From: Candidatus Nomurabacteria bacterium | Lineage (GTDB): Bacteria; Patescibacteriota; Minisyncoccia; Phycocordibacterales; UBA9973 | Length of the DNA stretch: 64,000 nucleotides | Direction of reading: 5' to 3' | NCBI GenBank assembly: GCA_963842815.1 | Contig: CAWJHU010000002.1 | Coordinates: forward strand, 44,513 to 108,512 | Shown here: positions 1 to 9,134 of the stretch, in pieces | How the letters are laid out: each line of letters begins with the position of its first letter | Numbering within the stretch: position 1 is the first letter of the stretch | Notes under the pieces: model-generated | Databases searched by the model: none | What the model was told of the DNA's origin: nothing | The model's input: only the letters and a program-made list of their open reading frames with translations | Program-made: the position numbers and the translations under genes

Positions 1-124
1 GAACTTCTGATTGAAACTAAAAAAACCAAAATAAAAAGCCCGATTAATATGCGGGCCAAATATTCAGCGAAAGCATAAAAATAAAAATGGCCTTCCGTGT
101 GATTCCACACGGAAGGCCATTAAA

Positions 125-556
125 CTAATCAGGTCGTGGAGCAATTATTATTGTTTCATAATCTTTGCCAAAGCGTTGATGGCCCCAGCTATGAAGAATA
201 ATAAACTTGAAAGTAGCGTTGTATTTAGCAATTGCTTGAGCAATTGTTTCTCCTTGAGTATCAACATCGTCCGGTTGTTCCTCGAGGGTCATATTCCGGG
301 CCCTATAAATAATGGATTCACCAAACCGGATGTCAATTTTTTCCAACTCGCCCTGTTCTCCCAAAACAAATAAATCATGTTCTTGAAACCCACAATGCAT
401 CGTGTGGTCCTCAAGGGTTTGAGGTTGTCTCAAAATAAATTTATGGTAATCCTCAACTTCAACTTCAATATTCAAGTAGAGATTTTGAAGTTTGAGATTC
501 TGAAGAAATGGGAATTTCTCAAGAGCTGCGTTATAAGTAAGAGTTTCTGTGGACAT
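125..556 (-). CDS. hypothetical protein (His-rich, possibly cupin-like fold)
   Basis: 143-aa ORF from the six-frame track, compositionally protein-like. I do not recognise a family. Contains HSWGH and HCGFQEHD motifs. Confidence 0.35.
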   Translation of the reverse strand: MSTETLTYNAALEKFPFLQNLKLQNLYLNIEVEVEDYHKFILRQPQTLEDHTMHCGFQEHDLFVLGEQGELEKIDIRFGESIIYRARNMTLEEQPDDVDTQGETIAQAIAKYNATFKFIILHSWGHQRFGKDYETIIIAPRPD

Positions 557-659
557 GAATTTATCCTCCTTTTTAATTGATTGTCAAAATTATTTTTTAA
601 AAAAATAATCACAAATTTAATTATTAAAAGAATACCATTTTATATAGTAAAAGTCAATG

Positions 660-742
660 TGCGCCGGGTAGGATTCGAACCTACGTAGCCCGAAGGCGAC
701 AGATTTACAGTCTGTTGTAATTGACCACTCTACCACCGACGC
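660..742 (-). tRNA. tRNA-Tyr (anticodon GTA) with long variable arm
   Basis: The reverse complement reads GCGTCGG-TGGTAGAGTGG...CTGTAAATC...GGTTCGAATCCTACCCGGCGC-A. A 7-bp acceptor stem includes one G-U pair. The anticodon loop CTGTAAA gives anticodon GTA. The ~83-nt length is consistent with a class II tRNA. The T-arm GGTTCGAATCC is canonical. CCA is not encoded. Confidence 0.8.
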
Positions 743-773
743 ATTCATACAAAATAACACAAAATATCTTTTT

Positions 774-1031
774 ATGCTACAATTATATATTATGAAGGTC
801 GGAAAAGTTACACATTATTACGACAAATTAGGAGTAGCCATTGTAAAACTCAAGGGTACTCTTAAAGTCGGCGATAGGGTAAAATTTGAAGGCCACGGTG
901 CTGATTTTGAACAGAATGTTGATTCAATTCAAATTGAGCATAAGCAAGTGGAAAAAGCTTCTTCCGGAAAAGTTGTCGGTCTCAAGACGGAAAAGAAAGT
1001 GAAAGAGGGAACTGAAGTTGAAAAGGTTTAA
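774..1031 (+). CDS. small beta-barrel protein (EF-Tu domain 2 / TRAM-like); start probably at the internal ATG at 792
   Basis: 85-aa ORF. The KVGKVTHYYDKLGVAIVKL...VGDRVKFEG pattern resembles small EF-Tu domain-II-like proteins. A Lys/Glu-rich tail follows. A hairpin terminator lies downstream. Confidence 0.4.
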   Translation: MLQLYIMKVGKVTHYYDKLGVAIVKLKGTLKVGDRVKFEGHGADFEQNVDSIQIEHKQVEKASSGKVVGLKTEKKVKEGTEVEKV

Positions 1032-1056
1032 CCCATAAACCCTATAATTTTTTAGT

Positions 1057-1105
1057 GTGGTTTTAGCCCAATACTAAACCACAATTGGTTTTTTGTTTTG
1101 TTTTC
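1057..1105 (+). terminator. rho-independent terminator
   Basis: The stem is GTGGTTTTAG, a loop, then CTAAACCAC. A T-rich run GGTTTTTTGTTTTGTTTT follows, directly after the stop of the 774..1031 ORF. Confidence 0.5.
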
Positions 1106-1202
1106 TTTAATGTACATTGACAAAACCATCATAACTTGTTATACTCTATTTTAAATAAACCATAAATCATAAATCTTTCTTTGAAATTTTAAGGAGTGGA
1201 AA

Positions 1203-1601
1203 ATGAAAACATTCTTTTGCATAATACTGCTGATAGCCAATTTTGTTCTTTTGGTGGGGATGATCGTTGGAATTACGAAAGAACACTCTGGATTTATTTC
1301 TATGCATTCTGTAAGCCAGTTGATTATTTTTACTGTGCTGGTGATATTGAGTATTATTTTTCTTCTCCTTGACATGGTTTTTCTTAGGAAAGAAATAAAA
1401 AAAGAAGACCAGTCTTTTTTGTGTAAAATTATTTTTTTTGGATTTATTTGTGTGATAATCTTTTTTTGTTTTATGGCAAGAGAAGTTTATCTTTTGGGTA
1501 AAGTGGATGAGGTTATCATCTTTACAATATCCGCAACAAGTATTTACATTTTTCTGAGGTCCGGTTTTCTTTTAACTTCGGAAAAATATTTTAAAAATTG
1601 A
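1203..1601 (+). CDS. integral membrane protein, hypothetical
   Basis: 132-aa ORF with 3-4 hydrophobic helices. A hairpin terminator follows. Confidence 0.5.
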   Translation: MKTFFCIILLIANFVLLVGMIVGITKEHSGFISMHSVSQLIIFTVLVILSIIFLLLDMVFLRKEIKKEDQSFLCKIIFFGFICVIIFFCFMAREVYLLGKVDEVIIFTISATSIYIFLRSGFLLTSEKYFKN

Positions 1602-1617
1602 TAATTTATTATTTTAC

Positions 1618-1645
1618 AGGCCGACAGCAAGTTGGCCTTTTTTAT
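1618..1645 (+). terminator. rho-independent terminator
   Basis: AGGCC, an 11-nt loop, then GGCCT, followed by TTTTTATTTGTTATTTT. It lies 17 nt after the stop codon of the upstream gene. Confidence 0.45.
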
Positions 1646-1711
1646 TTGTTATTTTGGAAAAAGTATGCTATTATTTATTTAATTAATTTCAGCCGAGAGG
1701 CTTTTTTGTTT

Positions 1712-3526
1712 ATGCAAATTAGAAATATCGCAATCATCGCCCACGTGGACCATGGCAAGACGACTTTGACGGATGCTCTGATGAAACAAAACGGGGGACT
1801 GCAGGATGAAAATATATCAATGGATTCAAACGCTCTGGAAAAAGAGCGGGGTATTACTATTTACTCCAAAAATACTTCCATCACTTACAAAGGGACCAAA
1901 ATAAACATAGTAGACACTCCAGGCCACGCGGATTTCGGCTCGGAAGTGGAGCGTGTTTTGCGAGCAGTGGATTCGGTGCTTTTGCTGGTGGATGCGGTGG
2001 AAGGACCGATGCCTCAAACCAGATTTGTTCTGAAAAAATCTCTTGAATTGGGCATCAAGCCCATAGTGGTCATAAATAAGATAGACAAACCGGCCTCGGA
2101 CCCGCATCGGGTGCACGAAGAAGTTCTGGATTTATTTTTTGAATTGGGGGCCAATGAAGAGCAAGCGAATTTTGAGACAGTTTATGCTATCGGGCGCGAA
2201 GGAAAAGCATTTAAACATTTGGGAGATAAATCAGCCGATCTTTCTCCACTCTTGGATGTAATATTGAAATTCGTACCCTCGGCTTCCGTGAATAAAACCG
2301 GCAAAATGTCCGCCCAGGTTTTCAATCTCGCCTATGATAATTTTTTGGGTCGCATGGCCATAGCCCGAATTTATTCCGGGAAAATGTCTTCCGGAAGCCA
2401 GGTTTGCGTAAAAGGAGAAAAGGAAAACAGAACCGGGAAAATCACCAAGCTTTTCACTTTTGAAGGAATCAATAGAAAAGAAGTTTCTACGGCGACATCG
2501 GGCGATATTGTTCTCATTGCCGGGATATCGGATATTTATATCGGAGAAACTATTTGCGAAGATGAAAGCGTGGAACAACTGCCCCACATCGCCATTGATG
2601 AACCGACTTTGTCTCTTAATTTTTTGGTAAACGATTCTCCCTTTGCCGGCCGGGAAGGAAAATTTGTCACTTCCAGACAGATAAAAGAAAGATTGGAAAA
2701 AGAATTGGAAGTAAACGTCGGACTGAAAGTTGATTTTTCTCCGGACCAGGGCGATAAAATGGGACCAAGCTTTTTCAAAATTTATGGAAGAGGAGAATTG
2801 CACGTTGCCATTTTGCTGGAAAATATGCGCCGGGAAGGGTTTGAGATGCAGGTTTCCCAGCCGGAAGTTATTATAAAAGAAAAAGATGGCGTTAAAACAG
2901 AGCCCTATGAAGAGTTGGTAATTGATGTTCCCATGGAATTTTCCGGCACGGTCATAGAAAAAATCAATAAGCGAAAAGGATTGATGAAAGATATGACAGA
3001 GAAACACAATATTGCCAGAGTTATTTTTGATATACCGACCCGCGGACTTTTGGGTTATCGGGGAGAATTTATCATAGACACCAAAGGGGAAGGCATTATG
3101 TCTTCACGGGTTACCGGTTTCAGAGAATATGCTGGGGAAATAAAAAAACGCGAATATGGTTCTATGGTTTCCATGACTCCGGGCAAGGCCGTAGCCTTTG
3201 CTATTGCAAATTTACAGCAACGTGGTATAATGTATATTGAGCACGGTACGGAGGTTTACGAAGGCATGGTTGTCGGCAATGTCCTGAAAGGAGACGATAT
3301 GTCCGTGAATCCCACCAAAGGAAAACAGCTCAGCAATATGAGGGCTTCCGGCACCGATGAAGCCATTTACTTAAATCCGCCCTTCATTTTGAGTATTGAG
3401 CGGGGATTGGAAGTGATGAATGCCGACGAGTATTTGGAAATTACTCCCAAGTCGGTTAGAATTCGTAAAAAATTCTTGACTGAACTGGACAGGGTAAAAG
3501 CCGAAAGAAAGAAAATGAAAACGTAG
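1712..3526 (+). CDS. typA: translational GTPase TypA/BipA
   Basis: The G1 motif [18 protein letters not shown] and NKID motifs, and an EF-G-like domain organisation give ~604 aa from the ATG at 1712 (MQIRNIAII). The track ORF starts upstream at 1598 and the N-terminal extension is unlikely to be real. Confidence 0.93.
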   Translation: MQIRNIAIIAHVDHGKTTLTDALMKQNGGLQDENISMDSNALEKERGITIYSKNTSITYKGTKINIVDTPGHADFGSEVERVLRAVDSVLLLVDAVEGPMPQTRFVLKKSLELGIKPIVVINKIDKPASDPHRVHEEVLDLFFELGANEEQANFETVYAIGREGKAFKHLGDKSADLSPLLDVILKFVPSASVNKTGKMSAQVFNLAYDNFLGRMAIARIYSGKMSSGSQVCVKGEKENRTGKITKLFTFEGINRKEVSTATSGDIVLIAGISDIYIGETICEDESVEQLPHIAIDEPTLSLNFLVNDSPFAGREGKFVTSRQIKERLEKELEVNVGLKVDFSPDQGDKMGPSFFKIYGRGELHVAILLENMRREGFEMQVSQPEVIIKEKDGVKTEPYEELVIDVPMEFSGTVIEKINKRKGLMKDMTEKHNIARVIFDIPTRGLLGYRGEFIIDTKGEGIMSSRVTGFREYAGEIKKREYGSMVSMTPGKAVAFAIANLQQRGIMYIEHGTEVYEGMVVGNVLKGDDMSVNPTKGKQLSNMRASGTDEAIYLNPPFILSIERGLEVMNADEYLEITPKSVRIRKKFLTELDRVKAERKKMKT

Positions 3527-3555
3527 TTGACATTAAGTTAACATAGGTGTATTAT
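3527..3555 (+). promoter_or_regulatory. sigma70-type promoter (TTGACA, 17-nt spacer, TATTAT)
   Basis: TTGACA at 3527..3532, a 17-nt spacer, then TATTAT at 3550..3555. It sits just after the typA stop and upstream of the next gene. Confidence 0.5.
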
Positions 3556-3606
3556 GAAAATATAGAGTTTAACACTTTAATTAATAGAAAATTATTTTAT
3601 AAAATC

Positions 3607-4635
3607 ATGTCCACAATATCATTCAAACCAAAGCAAGTCACCAAAAAAATAACTGCCCACCTTCAAGACCGCACTCGCGATGTCATTATGAATCGTTTTG
3701 GTTTGACTGTTGACGCCGAAAGGAAAACCCTTGAGGAAATAGGCAAAAAATACAATATTACCAGGGAGCGCGTCCGTCAAATTGAGGATGCAGCCTTGGC
3801 TTTAATCAAGAAATCTTCCGCCTACAAAGAGCACCAGGCGGTTTTTGACGAGCTGAAGCAGTTGATACATTCTTTGGGTTCCATTGTCGCCGAAAGCGAT
3901 CTTCTGGCTCACATTTCAAAAGATAAAAATACACAAAACCATATTCATTTTTATTTGGAGTTGGGAGACTTTTTCAAAAAACACCGCGAAGACGAATATT
4001 TTAAAACTCGCTGGAGTGTGGATGATGTGATGGCTGAAAAGGTGCATGATTCTTTAAAGAAACTTTATGCAAGTTTGAAAGACGAAGACCTTGTTTTGGA
4101 AACGGAAATGGTTAAAAAATTCCTTGACCAAATGAAAGATGTGGCGGAACAATACAAAAATGAAGAAATAGCTCGAAGATGGCTTTCCATTTCTAAAACT
4201 ATTTCCAAGAACCCGCTGGGCGAATGGGGTAAGACGAGTTCTCCGAATGTCCATACTCGCGGAGTGAAAGACTATGCTTTTTTGGTTATGAGAAAACATG
4301 GTTCGCCGATGCATTTCAGGGAAGTGGCGGATGCGATTTCAAAAACTTTCGGCCGAAAGACGCACTATGCCACTTGTCATAACGAGCTTATAAAAGATCC
4401 TCGCTTTGTTCTAGTCGGCCGTGGACTTTATGCCTTAGCTGAATGGGGATACAAGACGGGCATTGCCCGAGAAGTTATCCGAGATATTCTGAAGCGAGAA
4501 GGCCCGCTTTCAAAAGATGCCGTAGTGGAAAAAGTGATGAAAGAAAGATATTTCAAAAAGAATACTATTTTGGTAAATCTAGCAAATCCGAAATATTTCA
4601 AGAAAAACAAAAGCGGACTTTATACTTTGATTTAA
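3607..4635 (+). CDS. sigma-70 region-4 HTH protein with C-terminal HARE-HTH-like domain
   Basis: The N-terminal segment GLTVDAERKTLEEIGKKYNITRERVRQIEDAALALIKK is a sigma-70 region 4 helix-turn-helix. The C-terminal segment YAFLVMRKHGSPMHFREVADAISK...RFVLVGRGLYALAEW matches the HARE-HTH pattern. The likely start is the ATG at 3607 (MSTISFKP). The track ORF begins at a GTG at 3547. Confidence 0.55.
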   Translation: MSTISFKPKQVTKKITAHLQDRTRDVIMNRFGLTVDAERKTLEEIGKKYNITRERVRQIEDAALALIKKSSAYKEHQAVFDELKQLIHSLGSIVAESDLLAHISKDKNTQNHIHFYLELGDFFKKHREDEYFKTRWSVDDVMAEKVHDSLKKLYASLKDEDLVLETEMVKKFLDQMKDVAEQYKNEEIARRWLSISKTISKNPLGEWGKTSSPNVHTRGVKDYAFLVMRKHGSPMHFREVADAISKTFGRKTHYATCHNELIKDPRFVLVGRGLYALAEWGYKTGIAREVIRDILKREGPLSKDAVVEKVMKERYFKKNTILVNLANPKYFKKNKSGLYTLI

Positions 4636-4716
4636 ATTTAAACGAACAAAACGACCAGACAAAATCTGGTCGTTTTTTGATTTACTTTATTTGCTTTTTA
4701 TATTAAAATATAAGCA

Positions 4717-6009
4717 ATGATAGATTTGGTAATCTTTTGGCTTTACAAAATATTCCTTTTCGGGTTTTTGCCTATTGCCAGTGTGGCAATATTGGCCCGC
4801 CTCGCTTTCTTTTTTTGGGTTCACTACGTGAATACGGATTTTATTTCCGGCATTGAATGGGTTTTGCTTGAGATAATTCCTCCGCGGGACGTTCTGAGAT
4901 CTCCCAAAGCAATGGAACTTTTTATAACCAATGCCCTTTATCATTTCAGTTACAAAGGAGGACTTGAAACATATTGGCAAGGAGCGGTTTGGTTTTGGTT
5001 TTCTTTGGAAATAGTTTCCATTGACGGGCAAGTGCATTTTTATATACGCACACCTTCGCGCGTAAAAGAATTGATTGAAACTCAGATGTATGCCCAATTT
5101 CCTCAAGCACAAGTAAAAGTGGTGGAAGACTACACTCTGGCTGTCGATAAAATTGCCCCTAATAGTGTTTGGGACCTATGGGGATGTGAATTTAAATTAA
5201 CGAAACTTGATGCTTATCCTATTAAAACTTACATTGATTTTGGTTTAGATAAAGACCAAAAAGAAGAATATAAAATTGACCCCATTTCTCCGGTGATAGA
5301 ACTTTTTGGTTCCATAGGCAGAGGAGAACAAATGTGGATGCAAATTATCGTTACTCCTTCCAAAAAAGAATATCCCGAACACGCGCATTTTTGGCAAAAA
5401 ACCCATGATTGGATAAAAGAAGCTGACTTAGAAATGAAAAGATTGTTGGGTGAATTTACTCGTCAACAAGATAAAATAGAAGGAACATTTGCTAGAGCTC
5501 CTGATTATATAAGACCTTTAATAGATGGAACCAGTAAAAAAATGTTGAAAGTCGGTTTTGATACGGGGATTAGAGTATGCTATGTCGCAAAAAGAGAAGC
5601 CTTTAATGCGAACAACAAAAGAAATATGCGCTTAATTTTTCGTCAATATTCTGCCCCTTTTGTAAACGAGCTTACCCGCATAAACTCAACTCAGGCAGAT
5701 GCTTTTAGTGTGAACTTTTTTGCTTCTTTTTTTCCACTATCTAAGAAAAAAGTTATGCGCTTGTCGGACAGGATGCTTGAAGAGTACAGGGAACGGGAAT
5801 TTTTTCATCCGCCCATATATCACAGCATACACTTGCCTTGGCCTATTTCACCTATTATCTTTCCCAACTTTTTTCATCATCATATTAATGTTTTAAACAG
5901 CGAAGAATTGGCAACTCTTTGGCATTTCCCTGGCCAGATATTAAAAGTGCCTACTCTGGAACGCATAGAATCAAAAGAAGCTTCTCCTCCTACCAATTTG
6001 CCGACATAA
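4717..6009 (+). CDS. hypothetical membrane-anchored protein
   Basis: 430-aa ORF with two N-terminal TM helices and a large soluble domain. No family recognised. Confidence 0.5.
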   Translation: MIDLVIFWLYKIFLFGFLPIASVAILARLAFFFWVHYVNTDFISGIEWVLLEIIPPRDVLRSPKAMELFITNALYHFSYKGGLETYWQGAVWFWFSLEIVSIDGQVHFYIRTPSRVKELIETQMYAQFPQAQVKVVEDYTLAVDKIAPNSVWDLWGCEFKLTKLDAYPIKTYIDFGLDKDQKEEYKIDPISPVIELFGSIGRGEQMWMQIIVTPSKKEYPEHAHFWQKTHDWIKEADLEMKRLLGEFTRQQDKIEGTFARAPDYIRPLIDGTSKKMLKVGFDTGIRVCYVAKREAFNANNKRNMRLIFRQYSAPFVNELTRINSTQADAFSVNFFASFFPLSKKKVMRLSDRMLEEYREREFFHPPIYHSIHLPWPISPIIFPNFFHHHINVLNSEELATLWHFPGQILKVPTLERIESKEASPPTNLPT

Positions 6010-6012
6010 TTT

Positions 6013-6906
6013 ATGGAAAATTTTTATTTGCCCAAAAAAGTTATTTTTTATGTTGCGGGGGCAATTATATTTTTAGTATTTTTTTATTTTCTATTTTTAA
6101 GCGCTCCGAACAATTTTCCGGTCGGAACCGTGATAAATATAAAAGATGGTTCAAGTTTGAAATATGTTGCAAAATATTTTGAAGAAAGTCATATTATTCG
6201 TTCAAAGATTGTTTTTGAAACTTTTGCCGTAATCCTGGGAGGGGAGAGAAATATAATATCCGGAGACTATTTATTTGAAAAAAAATTGCCTATTTTTGAA
6301 ATTGCTTGGCGTGTTGCCAGGGGCGAACGCCACTTGGCGCCGGTCAAAGTGACCATTCCGGAAGGTTTTAATGTATCCGACATTGCCAAAGCTTTTGCTC
6401 TTAAATTGACCAATTTCAAGGAAGCTAAATTTTTATCGGAGGCAACCGTCCAGGAAGGATGTCTATTCCCGGATACTTATTTTTTCTTAACTACGGACAA
6501 TGAAGAGAATGTTTTGCAAGCCATGAGCGATAATTTCCAGAAAAAAATTTTTTCACTTCTACCTCAAATAACATCTTCCGGCAGAACTGAAAAAGAAATC
6601 ATAATTATGGCTTCTCTCATTGAAAAAGAAGCGGAAGGAGATGCTGATAGGGAATTTATTTCTGGAATTTTATGGAAAAGAATTGCTCTGAATATGCCTC
6701 TCCAGGTGAATGCCGACCTTGCCACCTATAAAACCAAAGGATTGCCCGAAAGTCCGATTTGCAATCCTGGATTGAAAGCCATAGAGGCTGCCATTCATCC
6801 AAAAACTTCCAGCTATCTTTATTATTTGCATGACAAAAATGGTAATATTCATTATGCTTCAACTTTTGCGGGTCATATATTAAACGAACAAAAATATTTA
6901 AAATGA
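6013..6906 (+). CDS. mltG: endolytic murein transglycosylase MltG (YceG family)
   Basis: N-terminal TM helix and a YceG-like domain. The C-terminal segment GLPESPICNPGLKAIEAAIHP...YLYYLHDKNGNIHYASTFAGH is typical of MltG. Confidence 0.85.
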   Translation: MENFYLPKKVIFYVAGAIIFLVFFYFLFLSAPNNFPVGTVINIKDGSSLKYVAKYFEESHIIRSKIVFETFAVILGGERNIISGDYLFEKKLPIFEIAWRVARGERHLAPVKVTIPEGFNVSDIAKAFALKLTNFKEAKFLSEATVQEGCLFPDTYFFLTTDNEENVLQAMSDNFQKKIFSLLPQITSSGRTEKEIIIMASLIEKEAEGDADREFISGILWKRIALNMPLQVNADLATYKTKGLPESPICNPGLKAIEAAIHPKTSSYLYYLHDKNGNIHYASTFAGHILNEQKYLK

Positions 6907-7430
6907 GAAAACACAATTTAGCCTTCATTGACATAGAAGCCACCGGACTCGATATGATAAAAAACGAGATTATTGAGATCGGTTGTGTTGTAACGACACC
7001 CAAACTCAAGGTAATTAAAAAATTTGAACTGAAAATAAAACCGGAACACATAGAAAATGCCAATCCTGTGTCTTTAAAAATAAATCATTATGACCCGGCA
7101 AAATGGAAATCGGCTTATGCTCTGGTAGAAGCGATGAAAATTTTTAGCAAGAAAGTAAAAGATTGCACCATGGTCGGGCAAAATATTTCTTTTGATTCTG
7201 CCTTTTTGGAAAATGCTTTTTTAAAAACTGAAATAAAAAATCCCATGCACTATCACAAATTTGATACGCTTTCCATCGCCTGGGCGAAACTTCATAAAAA
7301 AACCAGCATCACCCACCTCTCTCTGCGTGAACTATGCAAATATTTTGGTATAAAAAACGAAAATCCACATAGCGCACTTTCAGACGCCTATGCAACTTAT
7401 GAGCTTTACAAAAAATTGATGAGCTTGTAA
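6903..7430 (+). CDS. DEDDh 3'-5' exonuclease (DNA polymerase III epsilon-like)
   Basis: Exo I motif FIDIEATGLD, Exo II motif GQNISFDSAFL, and Exo III motif HSALSDAYATYELY. Confidence 0.75.
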   Translation: MRKHNLAFIDIEATGLDMIKNEIIEIGCVVTTPKLKVIKKFELKIKPEHIENANPVSLKINHYDPAKWKSAYALVEAMKIFSKKVKDCTMVGQNISFDSAFLENAFLKTEIKNPMHYHKFDTLSIAWAKLHKKTSITHLSLRELCKYFGIKNENPHSALSDAYATYELYKKLMSL

Positions 7431-7439
7431 GGTTTATTT

Positions 7440-8636
7440 ATGAAGAAAAAAACAGTGTTTGTCGGACTTTCGGGTGGAGTTGATTCTGCCGTGAGTGCCG
7501 CTATTCTAAAAAAACAAGGCTATGAAGTTGTTGGCGTTTTCATCCGCACATGGCATCCGGATTTTTTGGTTTGCAATGAAGAAGAAGAGCGCCGCGACGC
7601 GATGCGCGTCGCGGCGCATTTGGATATTCCATTTTTAACTTTTGATTTTGAAAAAATTTATAAAAAAGAAGTGGCGGATTATATGATTGCCGAATATAAG
7701 GCTGGCAGAACGCCTAATCCGGATGTAATGTGCAACAAACATATTAAATTCGGCGCATTTCTCAAAAAAGCCATTTTCATGGGGGCTGATTTTGTGGCGA
7801 CAGGACATTATGCGCAAAATAAAAAGCAGATGCTTTTTCACGGCTCGCACTCGAACCTGAATGTGGTTCACGAATCTGATATTGCGTATGCCGAAAAAAG
7901 CACTGCTTTGCATTTAGCGAAAGGGATTGATCCTTCAAAAGATCAAAGTTATTTCCTTTGGACTTTAAAGCAAGAACAGCTAAAGAAAATTTTGTTTCCT
8001 ATCGGTCACCTTAAAAAAACCGAAGTCCGCAAACTGGCCAAGAAATTCAATTTGCCGGTTGCTCAGAAAAAAGACAGTCAAGGAATTTGTTTCCTAGGCG
8101 CGGTAGATCTGAAAGAATTTCTGAAACACTACATTAAAGAAAAAAAAGGGAAAGTAATAAATGAAAAAGGGGAAGAAATAGGATTACACGACGGAGTAGT
8201 TTTTCACACATTGGGAGAACGTCATGGTTTTACCATTACCCAAAAAAGTCCAAATGACGGAGCTTATTATATAGTTGGGAAAGATGCGAAGAAAAATATT
8301 TTAGTAGTATCACAGAACCCAGAGCAGCTGCTTTTTCACGGCTCGCACTCGAACCTGGATGCGGTTCACGAAACTAATATTGCGTATGCCGAAAAAAGCA
8401 CTGCTTTGTGTTCTGTAAAAATTAAAGACACAAACTGGATTTCTGAAATTCCTAAACCCGATAAAAATTATACCGCTCAGATCCGTTATCACAGTGAATT
8501 TTTACCTTGCAAAATTAAAATTATTAATAAAGCAAAAGCCAAAATATTACTTGGAAAACCGGTCCTAGTGGCTCCCGGTCAGTCCTGCGTTATTTATAAT
8601 AAAGATATTTGTTTAGGCGGAGGAGTTGTTATATAA
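7440..8636 (+). CDS. mnmA: tRNA-specific 2-thiouridylase MnmA, with two in-frame copies of an 84-bp repeat
   Basis: PP-loop SGGVDS and other conserved MnmA motifs are present. At 398 aa it is longer than typical MnmA because of two 28-aa insertions (LFHGSHSNL..VHE..IAYAEKSTAL). Confidence 0.9.
   Translation: MKKKTVFVGLSGGVDSAVSAAILKKQGYEVVGVFIRTWHPDFLVCNEEEERRDAMRVAAHLDIPFLTFDFEKIYKKEVADYMIAEYKAGRTPNPDVMCNKHIKFGAFLKKAIFMGADFVATGHYAQNKKQMLFHGSHSNLNVVHESDIAYAEKSTALHLAKGIDPSKDQSYFLWTLKQEQLKKILFPIGHLKKTEVRKLAKKFNLPVAQKKDSQGICFLGAVDLKEFLKHYIKEKKGKVINEKGEEIGLHDGVVFHTLGERHGFTITQKSPNDGAYYIVGKDAKKNILVVSQNPEQLLFHGSHSNLDAVHETNIAYAEKSTALCSVKIKDTNWISEIPKPDKNYTAQIRYHSEFLPCKIKIINKAKAKILLGKPVLVAPGQSCVIYNKDICLGGGVVI
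7827..7910 (+). repeat. 84-bp palindromic in-frame repeat element, copy 1 (inside mnmA)
   Basis: About 93% identical to the copy at 8325..8408. Internal inverted repeats are GCTTTTTCACGGC paired with GCCGAAAAAAGC, and GAACC paired with GGTTC. The length is a multiple of 3 and the element is translated as QMLFHGSHSNLNVVHESDIAYAEKSTAL. Confidence 0.75.
8325..8408 (+). repeat. 84-bp palindromic in-frame repeat element, copy 2 (inside mnmA)
   Basis: Second copy, ~500 bp downstream. It is inserted at a non-homologous position in the C-terminal domain of MnmA and translated as QLLFHGSHSNLDAVHETNIAYAEKSTAL. Confidence 0.75.
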
Positions 8637-9120
8637 TGAATTGATGGAACAATTTTTTACGCAAAACGGGGATATTATTTTAAAATTAATTCTTGCGGTT
8701 GTGTTGGGTATGGTTATCGGAGCGGAACGTCTTTTGGTGCACAAAGAAGCTGGCATGAAGACGCACGCCCTGGTGGCCATGGGGGCAGCTGTTTTTGTTT
8801 TATTTTCCGAGGCAATGACAGTGAAATATATAAACGTTCCGGGATTTAATCCGGGCATAATTCCTGCTCAAATAATAGTGGGTATAGGATTCCTGGGCGC
8901 TGGTTTGATAATACTTCAGGGTAATAGACTTTTGGGTCTTACCACAGCCGGAGGACTTTGGGTTACAGCTGGCATAGGTATGGCCTGTGGCTTGGGGCTT
9001 TTTGATTTAGCCATTATTTCCACCGTTCTGGTTCTTTTGATTTTTATTTTGCTTAATATATTTGAAAAACCGATTAGAAAAATTTCAGATGAGAATGGAG
9101 ATCTGGGCAATAAAATTTAA
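8626..9120 (+). CDS. MgtC/SapB family membrane protein
   Basis: The segment LILAVVLGMVIGAERLLVHKEAGMKTHALVAMGAAVF is a typical MgtC N-terminal region with the ER motif. There are 4-5 TM helices. The track start is a TTG and an ATG at MEQFF lies slightly downstream. Confidence 0.7.
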   Translation: MLYNELMEQFFTQNGDIILKLILAVVLGMVIGAERLLVHKEAGMKTHALVAMGAAVFVLFSEAMTVKYINVPGFNPGIIPAQIIVGIGFLGAGLIILQGNRLLGLTTAGGLWVTAGIGMACGLGLFDLAIISTVLVLLIFILLNIFEKPIRKISDENGDLGNKI

Positions 9121-9134
9121 GGCAATTATTTTAT

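Noticed and set aside
2231-3007. 258-aa ORF on the minus strand
   Set aside because: It lies entirely inside typA on the opposite strand. The translation is low-complexity and Phe-rich, typical of a shadow ORF.
7827-8408. Possible CRISPR array (two ~80-bp direct repeats ~500 bp apart)
   Set aside because: There are only two copies. They are translated in-frame within mnmA, the spacer is coding sequence, and there are no cas genes.
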